Below, in pieces: positions 47,550 to 57,329 of a stretch of DNA of 64,000 bases (position 1 is its first letter; every line of letters begins with the position of its first letter). The DNA is taken from the NCBI GenBank assembly GCA_965226495.1, contig OZ245365.1, positions 4,416,001 through 4,480,000 of the forward strand, in the 5' to 3' direction. The stretch is from Candidatus Marinacidobacterales bacterium (GTDB lineage: Bacteria > Acidobacteriota > Vicinamibacteria > Marinacidobacterales > DATDRI01). The notes under the pieces were generated by a model. It saw only the letters and a list, made by a program, of their open reading frames with translations, did no database searches and was not told where the DNA came from. A program made the translations under genes and the position numbers.

Positions 47550-50086
47550 CCGGTGGCGGGGTTTCCAGTCGACAAGCCCGATCGGTAACGAGGTCCCTCA
47601 AACAGCAAAATGGGTTTCCCTGGCGCAAGCTGCGGCTCCGTCGCGATGGCGACCGCCATCATCTTGTCGACAATCCGGTAGAAGAGCTCCCCGCCGTCGC
47701 GGGACCACATGGGCTCCGCGCCGCCCCCGGTCGATATCTGTAGCTTGCCTCCGGGGTCGGGAAAGGCAGTGACGTAGACTTCTTCTCGACCGGACTCGTT
47801 GGAGACATAAGCCAGCCAGCGATCGTCGGGTGAGAGCATCCCGGTGTGCTCGTCGAAAGGCGTCTCAAGGAGCATCTCCGGCTCCCGTTCCTCCTCTAGG
47901 CGCACCATCCCGATGTCGCGGCCCGTTGTGTCACTATGTTGTCTGAAGACGATCGTCTTCCCATCCGATGAGATCGATGTGGGTATCCGGTAGGCCCCCG
48001 TCGTCAGTTGCTCGGCGGTGCCGCTTCCGTTCGCGGCCTTTGAGAAGATATGAAAGTTGTCCTCCCGATTAGAGGCAAAGATGACCCGCTCACCGTCTGG
48101 CGACCAGAGGGGCCTCAAATTGAGGCCCTGTCCGAAGGTCAGTCGGGTCAACGTGCCGCGCCCCAGCTCCAGCAGCCAGGTGTCATAGCCGTTGGCATCC
48201 AAGATAGCGACGGCGAGACGCTGGCCGTCCGGTGAGAGGCGAGGATCCAAATACGTCCACAAAGCTTCCGCCGCAGGTAGCTCCACTCCTTGCCGATCGA
48301 CCCAGACCAGCTTGCTCCCGCCCCCAGCACCGACGCCCGACACATAGGCAAGCGATCCATCGTCGGCCACCGCGAATTGCGCCTCACCTACGCCGGAGCG
48401 TCGAATACCTTCGATGACAGGACTGGGCTCTCCGGTCGGCTCGATGCGGTCGGCATCAAATGGCATGGCAAAGAGTGTGGCCCCGCGGGCAAAGAGCAAG
48501 TGGCCCGAGGAAGCGTAGCGCGGATAGGCGCCGCCCCGGTGCAAGACTTTCCTTTCGCCCGTCTCGAGGAGAACCGCTTCGAGGATCCCGTCGTCGAACG
48601 TCCCGCCTTGCGGCCTCATGAAAAGCACAGCCTTCCCATTCGGGAGAAACCACGGCCAGCGGTGGGTGAGCTCGCCTTCGTTCAACTGCGTGAGCTCTAC
48701 CGGAGTCCCGCCGGAAGCAGGCACGCGGTAGAGCCCGGTCGTGCCTGTCGGGGTATAGACGATCGTATCGTCGGGTCCCCAGGTGCCGCCGCGGAGGCTC
48801 GACGCCTCTGCAATGGTGAGCACCGCACCACCACCGACCGACACTTTCTTCATAACACCGGCAGCGAAAAACGCCAGCCAGCGACCGTCGGGCGAAAAGA
48901 AAGGCAAGTAGGCGCCTTCCGTGTCGCTGAGCGGTGTGGCTTCCAGGTTGTCGAGCGTCCGGATGTAAAGCTGAGTATTCACACCGGGCATCTGGCCAAC
49001 GAAGGCCAGCATCTGACCGTCTGGAGAAAGCACCGGCGTCCCGCCCACTCCCGTGTATAGTTGACTGTCGCCCGCCCCGAAATTCAACGAAAACCGCACC
49101 GGCGGATCAGGAGTGCTTCCGGATGGCCACAAGATCCACAGTGTCGCGGCGAAGGCGACGGCGAAGAAACCTGCCAGAGCCCACGCGAGCCTGGGAGCCG
49201 GTGCCTTGACCGCCTCGTGTGCCTCGGTCGGCTCGCCGAGGATTTCCTGAATCTCGACGCGAACGTCCCCGATAGATTGGCGACGGTCTTTGCGATCTTT
49301 CCTGAGACACCGGCGCAGGAGGTTCTGGATCCGCGGGTCGACATCTGAAACCGCCTTCCAATCAGGCTCCGTCTTGAGAATGCTCGCCAGAACGTCCGAG
49401 ACGTCATCGCCGCCGAACGCCTTCCGTCCCGTCAACATCTCGTAGAGCACGATACCGAAGGAGAAGATGTCGCTGCGTTTATCAACCGCTTTGCCTTTCG
49501 CCTGCTCCGGGCTCATGTAAGCCGCGGTGCCCAGAATCACACCCGCCCGCGTCGCATCCCGGCTGAGTGTCGGAGAAAAAGAGGAATCACTGTCGCTCGT
49601 TTCTTCCGTGAAGGCCTTGGCCAGTCCGAAGTCCAGCACCTTCACTTGACCTTCGGGATTGACCTTGATGTTCGCGGGCTTCAGGTCGCGATGGATGATT
49701 CCTTTTTCGTGAGCCGCCTCCACCGCTTCCGCAATCTGTTGGCAAAGCGGAAGCGACTCATCGACGGCAATGGGCCCACGGGCAATCCGCTCGGCGAGAG
49801 TCTCACCCTCCACGAGCTCCATGGCCAAGAAGGGCTTGCCTTCGGCCTCCTCGACTCCATAGAGCGTGGCGATACCAGGATGATTAAGCGCTGCAAGGAG
49901 CTTTGCTTCTCGCTGGAAACGAGCCAGTTTTTCCGGATGTTGCGTGAACTCCTCGGGAAGGACTTTGATCGCGACCTCACGACCGAGCTTGCTGTCCCTG
50001 GCGCGATAGACCTCGGCCATGCCCCCGGCCCCGAGGGGTGAGAGGATCTCGTAGGGGCCTAACTTGGTGCCAGCTTCGAGTGCCAT
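47426..50086 (-). CDS. Ser/Thr kinase-TM-TolB/PD40 propeller (paralog 2)
   Basis: Start re-assigned to MALEAGTKLG (ATG 50086); complete kinase motifs; SPDG repeats. Confidence 0.95.
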   Translation of the reverse strand: MALEAGTKLGPYEILSPLGAGGMAEVYRARDSKLGREVAIKVLPEEFTQHPEKLARFQREAKLLAALNHPGIATLYGVEEAEGKPFLAMELVEGETLAERIARGPIAVDESLPLCQQIAEAVEAAHEKGIIHRDLKPANIKVNPEGQVKVLDFGLAKAFTEETSDSDSSFSPTLSRDATRAGVILGTAAYMSPEQAKGKAVDKRSDIFSFGIVLYEMLTGRKAFGGDDVSDVLASILKTEPDWKAVSDVDPRIQNLLRRCLRKDRKDRRQSIGDVRVEIQEILGEPTEAHEAVKAPAPRLAWALAGFFAVAFAATLWILWPSGSTPDPPVRFSLNFGAGDSQLYTGVGGTPVLSPDGQMLAFVGQMPGVNTQLYIRTLDNLEATPLSDTEGAYLPFFSPDGRWLAFFAAGVMKKVSVGGGAVLTIAEASSLRGGTWGPDDTIVYTPTGTTGLYRVPASGGTPVELTQLNEGELTHRWPWFLPNGKAVLFMRPQGGTFDDGILEAVLLETGERKVLHRGGAYPRYASSGHLLFARGATLFAMPFDADRIEPTGEPSPVIEGIRRSGVGEAQFAVADDGSLAYVSGVGAGGGSKLVWVDRQGVELPAAEALWTYLDPRLSPDGQRLAVAILDANGYDTWLLELGRGTLTRLTFGQGLNLRPLWSPDGERVIFASNREDNFHIFSKAANGSGTAEQLTTGAYRIPTSISSDGKTIVFRQHSDTTGRDIGMVRLEEEREPEMLLETPFDEHTGMLSPDDRWLAYVSNESGREEVYVTAFPDPGGKLQISTGGGAEPMWSRDGGELFYRIVDKMMAVAIATEPQLAPGKPILLFEGPRYRSGLSTGNPATGYDVAPDGRFLMVRAEESSGPTQINVVLNWFGELERLVPTR

Positions 50087-50096
50087 CAGTCTCTTG

Positions 50097-50192
50097 CCCT
50101 CACCCGGCGTCTGACGTCGTCGATAGCAGCACGGAATCCGTTGACGCCCGACTTCTCCCAAAGGGAGAGGGATAACGGAAGGAAGCCATCAT
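50097..50192. repeat. Shared kinase leader repeat (copy B)
   Basis: Near-identical start to 18185-18220, followed by CTCCC-aaa-GGGAG and GGAAGGAAGCCATCAT. Confidence 0.8.
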
Positions 50193-52849
50193 CTTGTCGG
50201 GACGAGGCGCTTCAGCTCCCCGAACCAATTGAGGACGACATTGATTTGCATGGCGGCCGCCGAGCTCTCTTCGGCTCGAACCATCAGAAACCGGCCATCC
50301 CGCGCTACGTCGTAGCCGGTGCCGGGATTTCCACCTGGAACGACCGATAGATCGCCTCCCTCGAAGAGCAAAGTGGGGCTCCCCGGAGCAAACTGCGGCT
50401 CCGTGGAGATGGCGACCGCCATCATCTTGTCGCCAATCCGGTAGAAGATCTCCCCGCCGTCGCGGGACCACAAGGGCTCCGTGCCACCCTCGGTCGATAT
50501 CTGCACCTTGCCACCGGGGCCGGGGAAAGGCCTCAAGAAGATCTCTTCTCGACCGGAATCGTTGGAGACATAAGCCAGCCAGCGATCGTTGGGTGAGAGC
50601 ATCCCGGTGTGCTCTTCGAAGGAGGTTTGAAGAAGCATCTCCGGCTCGCTCTCACCCTCCAGGCGCACCATCCCGATGTCTCGGCCTGTGGTTTCACTAT
50701 TTTGTCTGAAGACGATCGTCTTCCCATCCGATGAGATCGATGTGGGTATGCGATAGGCCCCCGTCGTCAGTTGCTCGGCGGTGCCGCTTCCGTCCGCGGG
50801 CTTGGAGAAGATATTGAAGTTCACGCCCCCACCCCGGTTCGATCCGAAGATGACCCGCTCACCGCCTGGAGACCAGAGGGGCCTTGCATTCTGTCCACCG
50901 AATGTCAGTCGGGTCAAGGTGCCGCGCCCCAGCTCGAGCAACCAGATGTCATAGGCGTTCGATTCTTGGATAAAAACGGCGAGGCGCTTGCCGTCTGGTG
51001 AGAGGCGAGGGTCTATATACTGCTGCAAAGTTCCCGCCGCAGGCTGCTCGACTCCTTGACGATCGACCCAGACCAGTTTCCTCTCCACCGCAGCACCCAG
51101 GCCATAGACGAGCGTTCCATCGTCGGCCACCGCGAAGAGCGCCCTACCGTCACCGGGGTCGGCTCCAACGCCTTCGATGACAGGACTGGGCTCTCCGGTC
51201 GGTTCGATGCGGTCGGCATCAAATGGCATGGCAAAGAGTGTGGCCTCGCGGGCATAGAGCAGGTGACCCGAGGAAGCGTAGCGCGGATAGGTCCCACCCC
51301 GGTGCACGACTTTCCTTTCGCCCGTCTCGAGGAGAACCGCTTCGAGGGTCGCGTCGTTGAACGACCCGCCCGTTCGCACGACGAAAAGCACCGCCTCCCC
51401 GTTCGGTAGAAACCACGGCCAGTGGTGGCTGGACTCACCTTCGCTCAACGTCGTGAGTTCGACCGGAGCCCCGCCGGAAGCGGGCACACGATAGAGCCCG
51501 GTTCTACTGGCATAAACGATCGTATCGTCGGGTCCCCAGGTGCCGCCGTGGGTGTTCTGCGCATCGGCAATGGTAAGCGCCGCGCCACCAACGACCGACA
51601 CCTTCTTCAGAGCATCGGAAGTGAAGAACGCCAGCCACCGACCATCGGGCGAGAAGAAAGAGACGCGGGCGTTTTCGGTGCCGCTGAGCGGTGTGGGTTC
51701 CAGGCTGTCGAGGGACCGGATGTAGAGCTGTCTATTTCCACCGGGCATCTGGCCCACGAAGGCCAGCATCTTCCCGTCCGAAGAAAGCGTCGGCGCCCCG
51801 CCCGGTCCCGTCCATAGTTGAACATCGTCGGCACCGAGGTTCACGGAAAAACGCACCGGTGGTTCAGGCGCGCTTGCGGTCGGCCACAACGCCCAGAGTG
51901 TTGCCAACAATGTGATGGTGAGGACACCGGCAATGCCCTGCCAAAGCATGTTGGCTCGAGGCTTCGCTCTCTCGGACGGCGCGACAACATCGGGCTCGGC
52001 GAGGATTTCTTGAATCTCGACACGGACGTCTCCGATCGCTTGGAGGCGGTTTTTGCGATCTTTCCTGAGGCATCGGCGCAAGAGGTTCTGGACCCGCGGG
52101 TCGAGATCAGAAACCGCGGTCCAATCGGGCTCCATTTTGATGATGCTCGCCAGAACGTCCGAGACCTCATCCCCGCCGAACGCCTTCCGTCCCGTCAACA
52201 TCTCGTAGAGCACGATACCGAAGGAGAAGATGTCGCTGCGTTTATCAACCGCTTTGCCTTTCGCCTGCTCCGGGCTCATGTAAGCCGCGGTGCCCAGAAT
52301 CACACCCGCTCGCGTCGAGTCTCGGCTCAGTGTCGGAGAGAAGGACGAATCACTGTCGGGCGTTTCTTCCGTGAAGGCCTTGGCCAGTCCGAAGTCGAGT
52401 ACCTTCACTTGGCCTTCGGGATTGACCTTGATGTTGGCGGGCTTGAGGTCGCGATGGATGACGCCCTTTTCGTGCGCGGCCTCCAGTGCCTCAGCTATTT
52501 GTTGAGAGAGCGTCATCGCCTCATCGACGGGGAGTGGCCCGCGGGCAATCCGCTCGGCGAGCGTTTCCCCATCGACAAGCTCCATGACCAAGAACGGCTT
52601 GGTTTCGAACTCCTCGACTCCATAGAGCGTGGCTATCCCAGGATGATTCAGCGCGGCCAGGAGCCTCGCCTCTCGCTCGAATCGGGCTAGCCGTTCTTCG
52701 TTCTGCGTGAACTCTTCGGGTAGGACTTTGATCGCGACGTCACGACCGAGTTTGGTGTCTCGAGCGCTGTAGACTTCGCCCATTCCCCCCGCACCAATAG
52801 GTGCGAGGATCTCGTAGAGACCGAGACGCTGACCCGCGCTAAGAGCCAT
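50189..52849 (-). CDS. Ser/Thr kinase-TM-TolB/PD40 propeller (paralog 3), a close tandem paralog of paralog 2
   Basis: Complete kinase motifs; long stretches nearly identical in DNA to 47426-50086. Confidence 0.95.
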   Translation of the reverse strand: MALSAGQRLGLYEILAPIGAGGMGEVYSARDTKLGRDVAIKVLPEEFTQNEERLARFEREARLLAALNHPGIATLYGVEEFETKPFLVMELVDGETLAERIARGPLPVDEAMTLSQQIAEALEAAHEKGVIHRDLKPANIKVNPEGQVKVLDFGLAKAFTEETPDSDSSFSPTLSRDSTRAGVILGTAAYMSPEQAKGKAVDKRSDIFSFGIVLYEMLTGRKAFGGDEVSDVLASIIKMEPDWTAVSDLDPRVQNLLRRCLRKDRKNRLQAIGDVRVEIQEILAEPDVVAPSERAKPRANMLWQGIAGVLTITLLATLWALWPTASAPEPPVRFSVNLGADDVQLWTGPGGAPTLSSDGKMLAFVGQMPGGNRQLYIRSLDSLEPTPLSGTENARVSFFSPDGRWLAFFTSDALKKVSVVGGAALTIADAQNTHGGTWGPDDTIVYASRTGLYRVPASGGAPVELTTLSEGESSHHWPWFLPNGEAVLFVVRTGGSFNDATLEAVLLETGERKVVHRGGTYPRYASSGHLLYAREATLFAMPFDADRIEPTGEPSPVIEGVGADPGDGRALFAVADDGTLVYGLGAAVERKLVWVDRQGVEQPAAGTLQQYIDPRLSPDGKRLAVFIQESNAYDIWLLELGRGTLTRLTFGGQNARPLWSPGGERVIFGSNRGGGVNFNIFSKPADGSGTAEQLTTGAYRIPTSISSDGKTIVFRQNSETTGRDIGMVRLEGESEPEMLLQTSFEEHTGMLSPNDRWLAYVSNDSGREEIFLRPFPGPGGKVQISTEGGTEPLWSRDGGEIFYRIGDKMMAVAISTEPQFAPGSPTLLFEGGDLSVVPGGNPGTGYDVARDGRFLMVRAEESSAAAMQINVVLNWFGELKRLVPTR

Positions 52850-52852
52850 GGC

Positions 52853-52924
52853 CCCTCACCCTACCCTCTCCCAGAGGGAGAGGGAATAAAGGAAGGAAGC
52901 CAGCATCATTGTGGTGAAAATAGC
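52853..52924. repeat. Shared kinase leader repeat (copy C) with a CCCTCTCCC/GGGAGAGGG hairpin
   Basis: CCCTCACCCTACCCTCTCCC-aga-GGGAGAGGGAATAAAGGAAGGAAGCC...CATCATTGT...TGAAAATAG. Confidence 0.8.
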
Positions 52925-53038
52925 CCTTCACACGCTCTGAAGTCAATGGGAGACGAACCTTGCCCGGCCGAGGACAAGACGAGGATGAGCTTTGCGGGAG
53001 GAGTCTCGTCGGCCCGGCCATTCGTCCTCCCCGTCTCG

Positions 53039-53359
53039 TTAGTCGGCTGTTTCCAGCGTCGAGGTGTCGAGTAGCTGAGCGCCATGGAGGACGCGCACGA
53101 CCCAGACCGTGGTGCCTTCAATCCGAAAGATGGTGCGGTAGGGACCCGAGACGATGTGGCGGTATTCAACGCCGATGTCGTCTGCCTCCGGAACCACGGG
53201 GCAGCGCTTGGGAAGCTGAGATAGCGTCCTGATTTGACGTTCAAACTCAGCGAACCACTGCGCAGCTCTGACCGGTGAATCCCGCTCGATGTAATCATAG
53301 ATACCGAGTGCATCCCGCTCAGCAGAGCGGGCGATCTCAACTCGGTATCTTTTTGGCAC
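53039..53359 (-). CDS. RelE/ParE family toxin
   Basis: 'YRVEI...AERD...IYDYI..DSP..A..W', 'L...P.RCP', 'YRTIFRI....VWVVRVLHGA'. Confidence 0.9.
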   Translation of the reverse strand: MPKRYRVEIARSAERDALGIYDYIERDSPVRAAQWFAEFERQIRTLSQLPKRCPVVPEADDIGVEYRHIVSGPYRTIFRIEGTTVWVVRVLHGAQLLDTSTLETAD

Positions 53360-53621
53360 GCTTGACTTCCTTCAGGAACGCGCTTGCCGAGCGTGTACGC
53401 CCTCGCCGGATGTCCTCCTCGCCCTCGGCCAGAAGCCCAACGAGATTCAGGGCCTTCAACTTTCGCTCGAAGGTTTCCACATCGATCAAGACAGCATCTG
53501 GCTTTCCGTTGACTGTAACGACTACGGGTCGGCCCGTCTCCCGTATCTGCTCGAGCACCGCCCGCAGGTTCTTCTTCAGCTCCGAGACGGTCTTGACGTC
53601 CTCGGTTAAGCTAAATGCCAC
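53337..53621 (-). CDS. Phd/YefM family antitoxin
   Basis: 'TVSELKKN...VLEQIRETGRPVVVTVNGKPDAVL'; overlaps the toxin start. Confidence 0.92.
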   Translation of the reverse strand: MAFSLTEDVKTVSELKKNLRAVLEQIRETGRPVVVTVNGKPDAVLIDVETFERKLKALNLVGLLAEGEEDIRRGRTRSASAFLKEVKRAKKIPS

Positions 53622-53634
53622 GACGCCCCCCTTT

Positions 53635-53654
53635 TTTAGTATTCAATTTAGTAT
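53635..53654 (-). promoter_or_regulatory. Candidate TA promoter/operator
   Basis: TTTAGTAT direct repeats (53635-53642, 53647-53654) in an AT-rich patch containing TATACT on the minus strand, just upstream of the antitoxin. Confidence 0.45.
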
Positions 53655-53758
53655 ATTAAAGAGTACCTTTTGGAGTCCCCGGATGTCAAATCCCTGCCCC
53701 CGAGTACTTTTCAGGTACTTTCTCGCCTGATAGGACCGGCCTCAGCCGGTGGCTTGGC

Positions 53759-53776
53759 TTGCCCGGGCGAGATTTT
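53759..53776. repeat. Third site of the GCCCGGGCGAGATTTT motif
   Basis: TTGCCCGGGCGAGATTTT, identical to 38676-38693. Confidence 0.65.
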
Positions 53777-53907
53777 CTCGAGCGGTTGCCTCAAAGGCCT
53801 AGGGTCGGGTACGATGCCGCCCTCGCTCCCCCAAAGCGAGAAAGCACCGGACGCACCCTCCCAACCAGCCGTCCTGGATTCATTAATGATAACCAAAGGA
53901 CGAAATC

Positions 53908-54573
53908 ATGAGACTCATCATCGCGGGTATCGCGATCCTCCTATGGGGGGCCGCCGCCCAGGCTGACGAAAGGCAAGAGAAAGAAGAAGATACAGACGCT
54001 GAATCGGAAGAAGTCGAGCTCGTTTTGAGTGCGGAGCATCCTTGTCTGGCGGTCAAAGATTGTGGCGGACCGATCCTTCTAGAGATTCCTGAAAAGGACA
54101 CCCGCAAGCAAGCGGAACCGATGCCGGGGTTTTTTGCCTCGTTAATGGTGACCTCGTTCGCCGACTTCGCCAGCACCGAAATCGCTCTCAGAAACGGGGC
54201 CGAAGAGGCGAATCCGCTAAGTCGAGCTCGTTTTGAGTGCGGAGCATCCTTGTCTGGCGGTCAAAGATTGTGGCGGACCGATCCTTCTAGAGATTCCTGA
54301 AAAGGACACCCGCAAGCAAGCGGAACCGATGCCGGGGTTTTTTGCCTCGTTAATGGTGACCTCGTTCGCCGACTTCGCCAGCACCGAAATCGCTCTCAGA
54401 AACGGGGCCGAAGAGGCGAATCCGCTAATGCAGAATCTACGAATCGCCGCCAGCGTCGCCGCCCCTCTCGCCGTCTACTTGGGAAGAAGCTGGGCCCGAA
54501 GACGCGGATCGCGTTGTACATTGGAGTGTCGGTAGGCTGGGCGTACGTGGCTATGCACAACGTCAATCAGTAG
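53908..54573 (+). pseudogene. Exported/membrane protein (DUF5658-like) disrupted by a 208-bp tandem duplication and a second frameshift
   Basis: Signal peptide; 'ADFASTEIALRNGAEEANPLM'; the natural-looking tail KKLGPKTRIALYIGVSVGWAYVAMHNVNQ* lies in another frame after about 54485. Confidence 0.6.
54011..54426. repeat. Exact 208-bp tandem direct duplication
   Basis: 54011-54218 repeated at 54219-54426, AA microhomology at the junction. Confidence 0.92.
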
Positions 54574-54639
54574 CCGGCGCATTGAAAACGGGCGGACGGA
54601 CCGGGGTTGGATCCGTCTGGACGAGATTGTCTCGAGGGG

Positions 54640-55566
54640 TCAGTCCTCCGCCAACCAGCAGCGGGCTTGGTGGGATTCCGAAATCTGAAACATCGGTGGT
54701 TCTTCCTCCCGGCATCGCGCTTCGACGTATGGGCAGCGGTTGGCGAAGCGGCAACCGGACTCCGGACGACTGAGCTCAGTTAGTTCTCCTTGAACAGCCG
54801 CGCCGTCGAGGTCTGCCGCCGCGAGCAGTGCTTGGGTGTAAGGATGGGCCGCCATCGAGAAGATCTCTTCGGTGGGAGCGCTCTCCACGACTTGCCCGAG
54901 GTACATCACCAAGACTCGGTGCGCCAAGAAGCGAACGACGCCAAGGTCGTGTGAAACGAAAAGATAGGCGAGTCCTTTCTTCTCCTGTAGCTCGATCAAC
55001 AGATTCACGATCTGGCCACGGACCGAGAGGTCGAGTGCCGAGGTGGGCTCGTCCAAGAAGATAAACTCCGGATCGGTGGCCAACGCCCGAGCGATGCTGA
55101 CACGTTGAAGCTGACCGCCGCTCATCTCGGTTCTTCGTCGGTTCGAGAACCTTTGGTCGAGACCGACTTGACTCAAGAGATCTCCGATTCGCTCGTTTCT
55201 CTCCGACGCGGGGTAATGTCGCAAGGAGTCTCGTAGCGTCCCTTCAACCGAGTAGACCGGATTTATCGATCCGAGCGGATTCTGGAAGACGATCTGCATG
55301 CGTCGCCTGAAGGGACGGAGGGCGCTGGTCCCAAGCTTTTGGATCTCGACACCGTCGAAATCGATCCGCCCTTCGTCTGGTTCCACGAGACGAACCAAGC
55401 ACCGCCCCACTGTCGATTTGCCGCACCCACTTTCACCGACGAGGCCCAGCGTTTCGCCGCGTTCGATTTGGAAAGACGCCCCATCGACCGCAGTCACGCT
55501 ATCGCGCCCGGCGAGAAAACCGTAGCGTCGAAAACGCTTGGTCAAACCGTCAACGTCGATGAGCAT
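54640..55566 (-). CDS. Oligopeptide/dipeptide ABC transporter ATPase (OppF/DppF-like)
   Basis: GESGCGKS, MSGGQLQR, LDEPTSALD, HPYT, 'GCRFANRCP...C' tail. Confidence 0.93.
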   Translation of the reverse strand: MLIDVDGLTKRFRRYGFLAGRDSVTAVDGASFQIERGETLGLVGESGCGKSTVGRCLVRLVEPDEGRIDFDGVEIQKLGTSALRPFRRRMQIVFQNPLGSINPVYSVEGTLRDSLRHYPASERNERIGDLLSQVGLDQRFSNRRRTEMSGGQLQRVSIARALATDPEFIFLDEPTSALDLSVRGQIVNLLIELQEKKGLAYLFVSHDLGVVRFLAHRVLVMYLGQVVESAPTEEIFSMAAHPYTQALLAAADLDGAAVQGELTELSRPESGCRFANRCPYVEARCREEEPPMFQISESHQARCWLAED

Positions 55567-55569
55567 GGT

Positions 55570-56529
55570 CTAGATCGTTTTCTCTCGGTAAAGAAGACAC
55601 CGCACCCATTGACCGATGTGAATCTCGTATGGCAACGGTTCGTACGAACGGCACTCGTCCATCACGTCCGGGCAGCGATTCGCAAAGGCACATCCCGCGA
55701 TCGGATTGCGGAGATCCGGGACACTACCTGGAACGAACGCCATGCGATCCGCTTTAGGATTTAAGCAGGATAGGAGCGCCCTGGTGTAAGGATGGGCGGG
55801 ACCGCCAAGGACCTGATCGCGGGATCCGAACTCTACGACTTGACCGGCGTACATCACCGCCAAGAAATCGCAGGCCTTTCGAATGAGGCCCATGTCGTGG
55901 GAGATCAAAAGCACCGTGGTTTCAGCCTCTCGTACTCGTTCCAACAATTTGGCGAGCACCTGTTGCTGTACGGTTACGTCCAAACCCGAGGTGGGCTCGT
56001 CGGCGATAAGAACACGGGGCGAGCAAATCAGAGCCATCGCATTCATGACGCGCTGACACTGTCCGCCGGAGAGCTGGTGAGGAAAAGCGTCGAGTTGTTC
56101 TTCGGCATCGGAGAGCCCCACGTCCCGCAGCATCTTAGTGGCCGATTCGAGCGCTACCTCCGCGTTGCTCCCATGGTGCCGTTGGTGAAGGCGTGCGATC
56201 TGTCTTCCAATCGGGATGAGAGGATGGAGCGCTTCTTTGGCGTTTTGGAAAATGATGGCGAGCTCTCGTCCTCGGACGCCTTCCCAATCGTCTTCGGTGA
56301 GCGTCAGCAAGTCACGACCGTCCAGGCGAATCCTTCCGGAAACGATTCGTGCGTTTCCCGGGAGAAGCCCCATGGCGGCGAGCGCCGTCATGCTCTTGCC
56401 GGATCCAGTTTCTCCGACGAGGCCCGTCACCTTTCCGGGAGCGAGCTCGAGATCGACACCCCGCAGCACCTGAACGGGATGACTCCCCTCGCCGAGTTGC
56501 ACGCGTAGCTCCCGGACTCGAAGGCTCAT
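55570..56529 (-). CDS. Oligopeptide/dipeptide ABC transporter ATPase (OppD/DppD-like)
   Basis: GETGSGKS, FPHQLSGGQCQR, ADEPTSGLDVTVQ, HPYT. Confidence 0.93.
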   Translation of the reverse strand: MSLRVRELRVQLGEGSHPVQVLRGVDLELAPGKVTGLVGETGSGKSMTALAAMGLLPGNARIVSGRIRLDGRDLLTLTEDDWEGVRGRELAIIFQNAKEALHPLIPIGRQIARLHQRHHGSNAEVALESATKMLRDVGLSDAEEQLDAFPHQLSGGQCQRVMNAMALICSPRVLIADEPTSGLDVTVQQQVLAKLLERVREAETTVLLISHDMGLIRKACDFLAVMYAGQVVEFGSRDQVLGGPAHPYTRALLSCLNPKADRMAFVPGSVPDLRNPIAGCAFANRCPDVMDECRSYEPLPYEIHIGQWVRCLLYREKTI

Positions 56530-57329
56530 GCTTCCCTATCCACCACGGCGTGAATGCGATCGCCCATGAGCTGAAAGGCGTAGACCCCAATCACAATAGC
56601 AATGCCGGGAAAGAACGAGACCCACCATTGGCCGGTCACGATGTAATTGGCACCCTGCTGCACCATCAGTCCCCACTCGGGCTCCGGAACCTTCACTCCA
56701 AGGCCGAGGAAAGAAAGGCCGGCGATGATCTGGATGGACCAGGCGCAGTTGATGGAGAACTGAGCCATTACCGGGCCGACGGTGTTAGGCAGGATGTGGC
56801 GAAAAACGATGGCCAGAGTTCCGTGCCCTGCGGCCCTCGCGGCTTCGACGAACTCGGCAGATCGCATCGGCATCACCACGCTACGCACAATCTTTACGTA
56901 AACCGGTATGTTGATGATGGCAATGACTACGACCAAGTTTGTCAGGGTCACGCCGAGGGCAGTTAGGACAGCCATGGCAAAGAGTACAACCGGAAACGAT
57001 TGGATGATCTCGGTTATCCTCTGAAGTAAGTTGTCTGACCAACCTCCTAGATAGCCGCTCAGCGCCCCGAGGATGGACCCGAACCCCATCGCCAGACCGG
57101 CGGCAGAAAACGCAAGGAGGAGATCCGTCCGAGCTCCGTAAAGAATGCGGGTGAAGATATCCATCCCGAACCCATCGGTCCCAAACCAGTTCTGGGCGGA
57201 TGGCGGGAGCAAACGCTTCGACGAGTCGAGACCGACGGGGTCGTGGCTCATCAAGAGTGGACCGAAGATCGCCAACAAGAACAAGAAGATCAAAAGCCAC
57301 ACCGAGCGGGATGCAAGAAGCTGGCGCAC
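56526..57329 (-). CDS. Peptide ABC transporter permease (OppC/DppC-like)
   Basis: 'WFGTDGFG.DIF.RI.YGAR', EAA motif 'EFVEAARAAG', 'LSFLGLG...PEPEWG'. Confidence 0.93.
   Translation of the reverse strand: MRQLLASRSVWLLIFLFLLAIFGPLLMSHDPVGLDSSKRLLPPSAQNWFGTDGFGMDIFTRILYGARTDLLLAFSAAGLAMGFGSILGALSGYLGGWSDNLLQRITEIIQSFPVVLFAMAVLTALGVTLTNLVVVIAIINIPVYVKIVRSVVMPMRSAEFVEAARAAGHGTLAIVFRHILPNTVGPVMAQFSINCAWSIQIIAGLSFLGLGVKVPEPEWGLMVQQGANYIVTGQWWVSFFPGIAIVIGVYAFQLMGDRIHAVVDREA

Noticed and set aside
47426-52849. Diversity-generating retroelement or pure assembly duplication behind the kinase similarity
   Set aside because: No reverse transcriptase, differences are not adenine-specific, and the copies differ at many sites including indels
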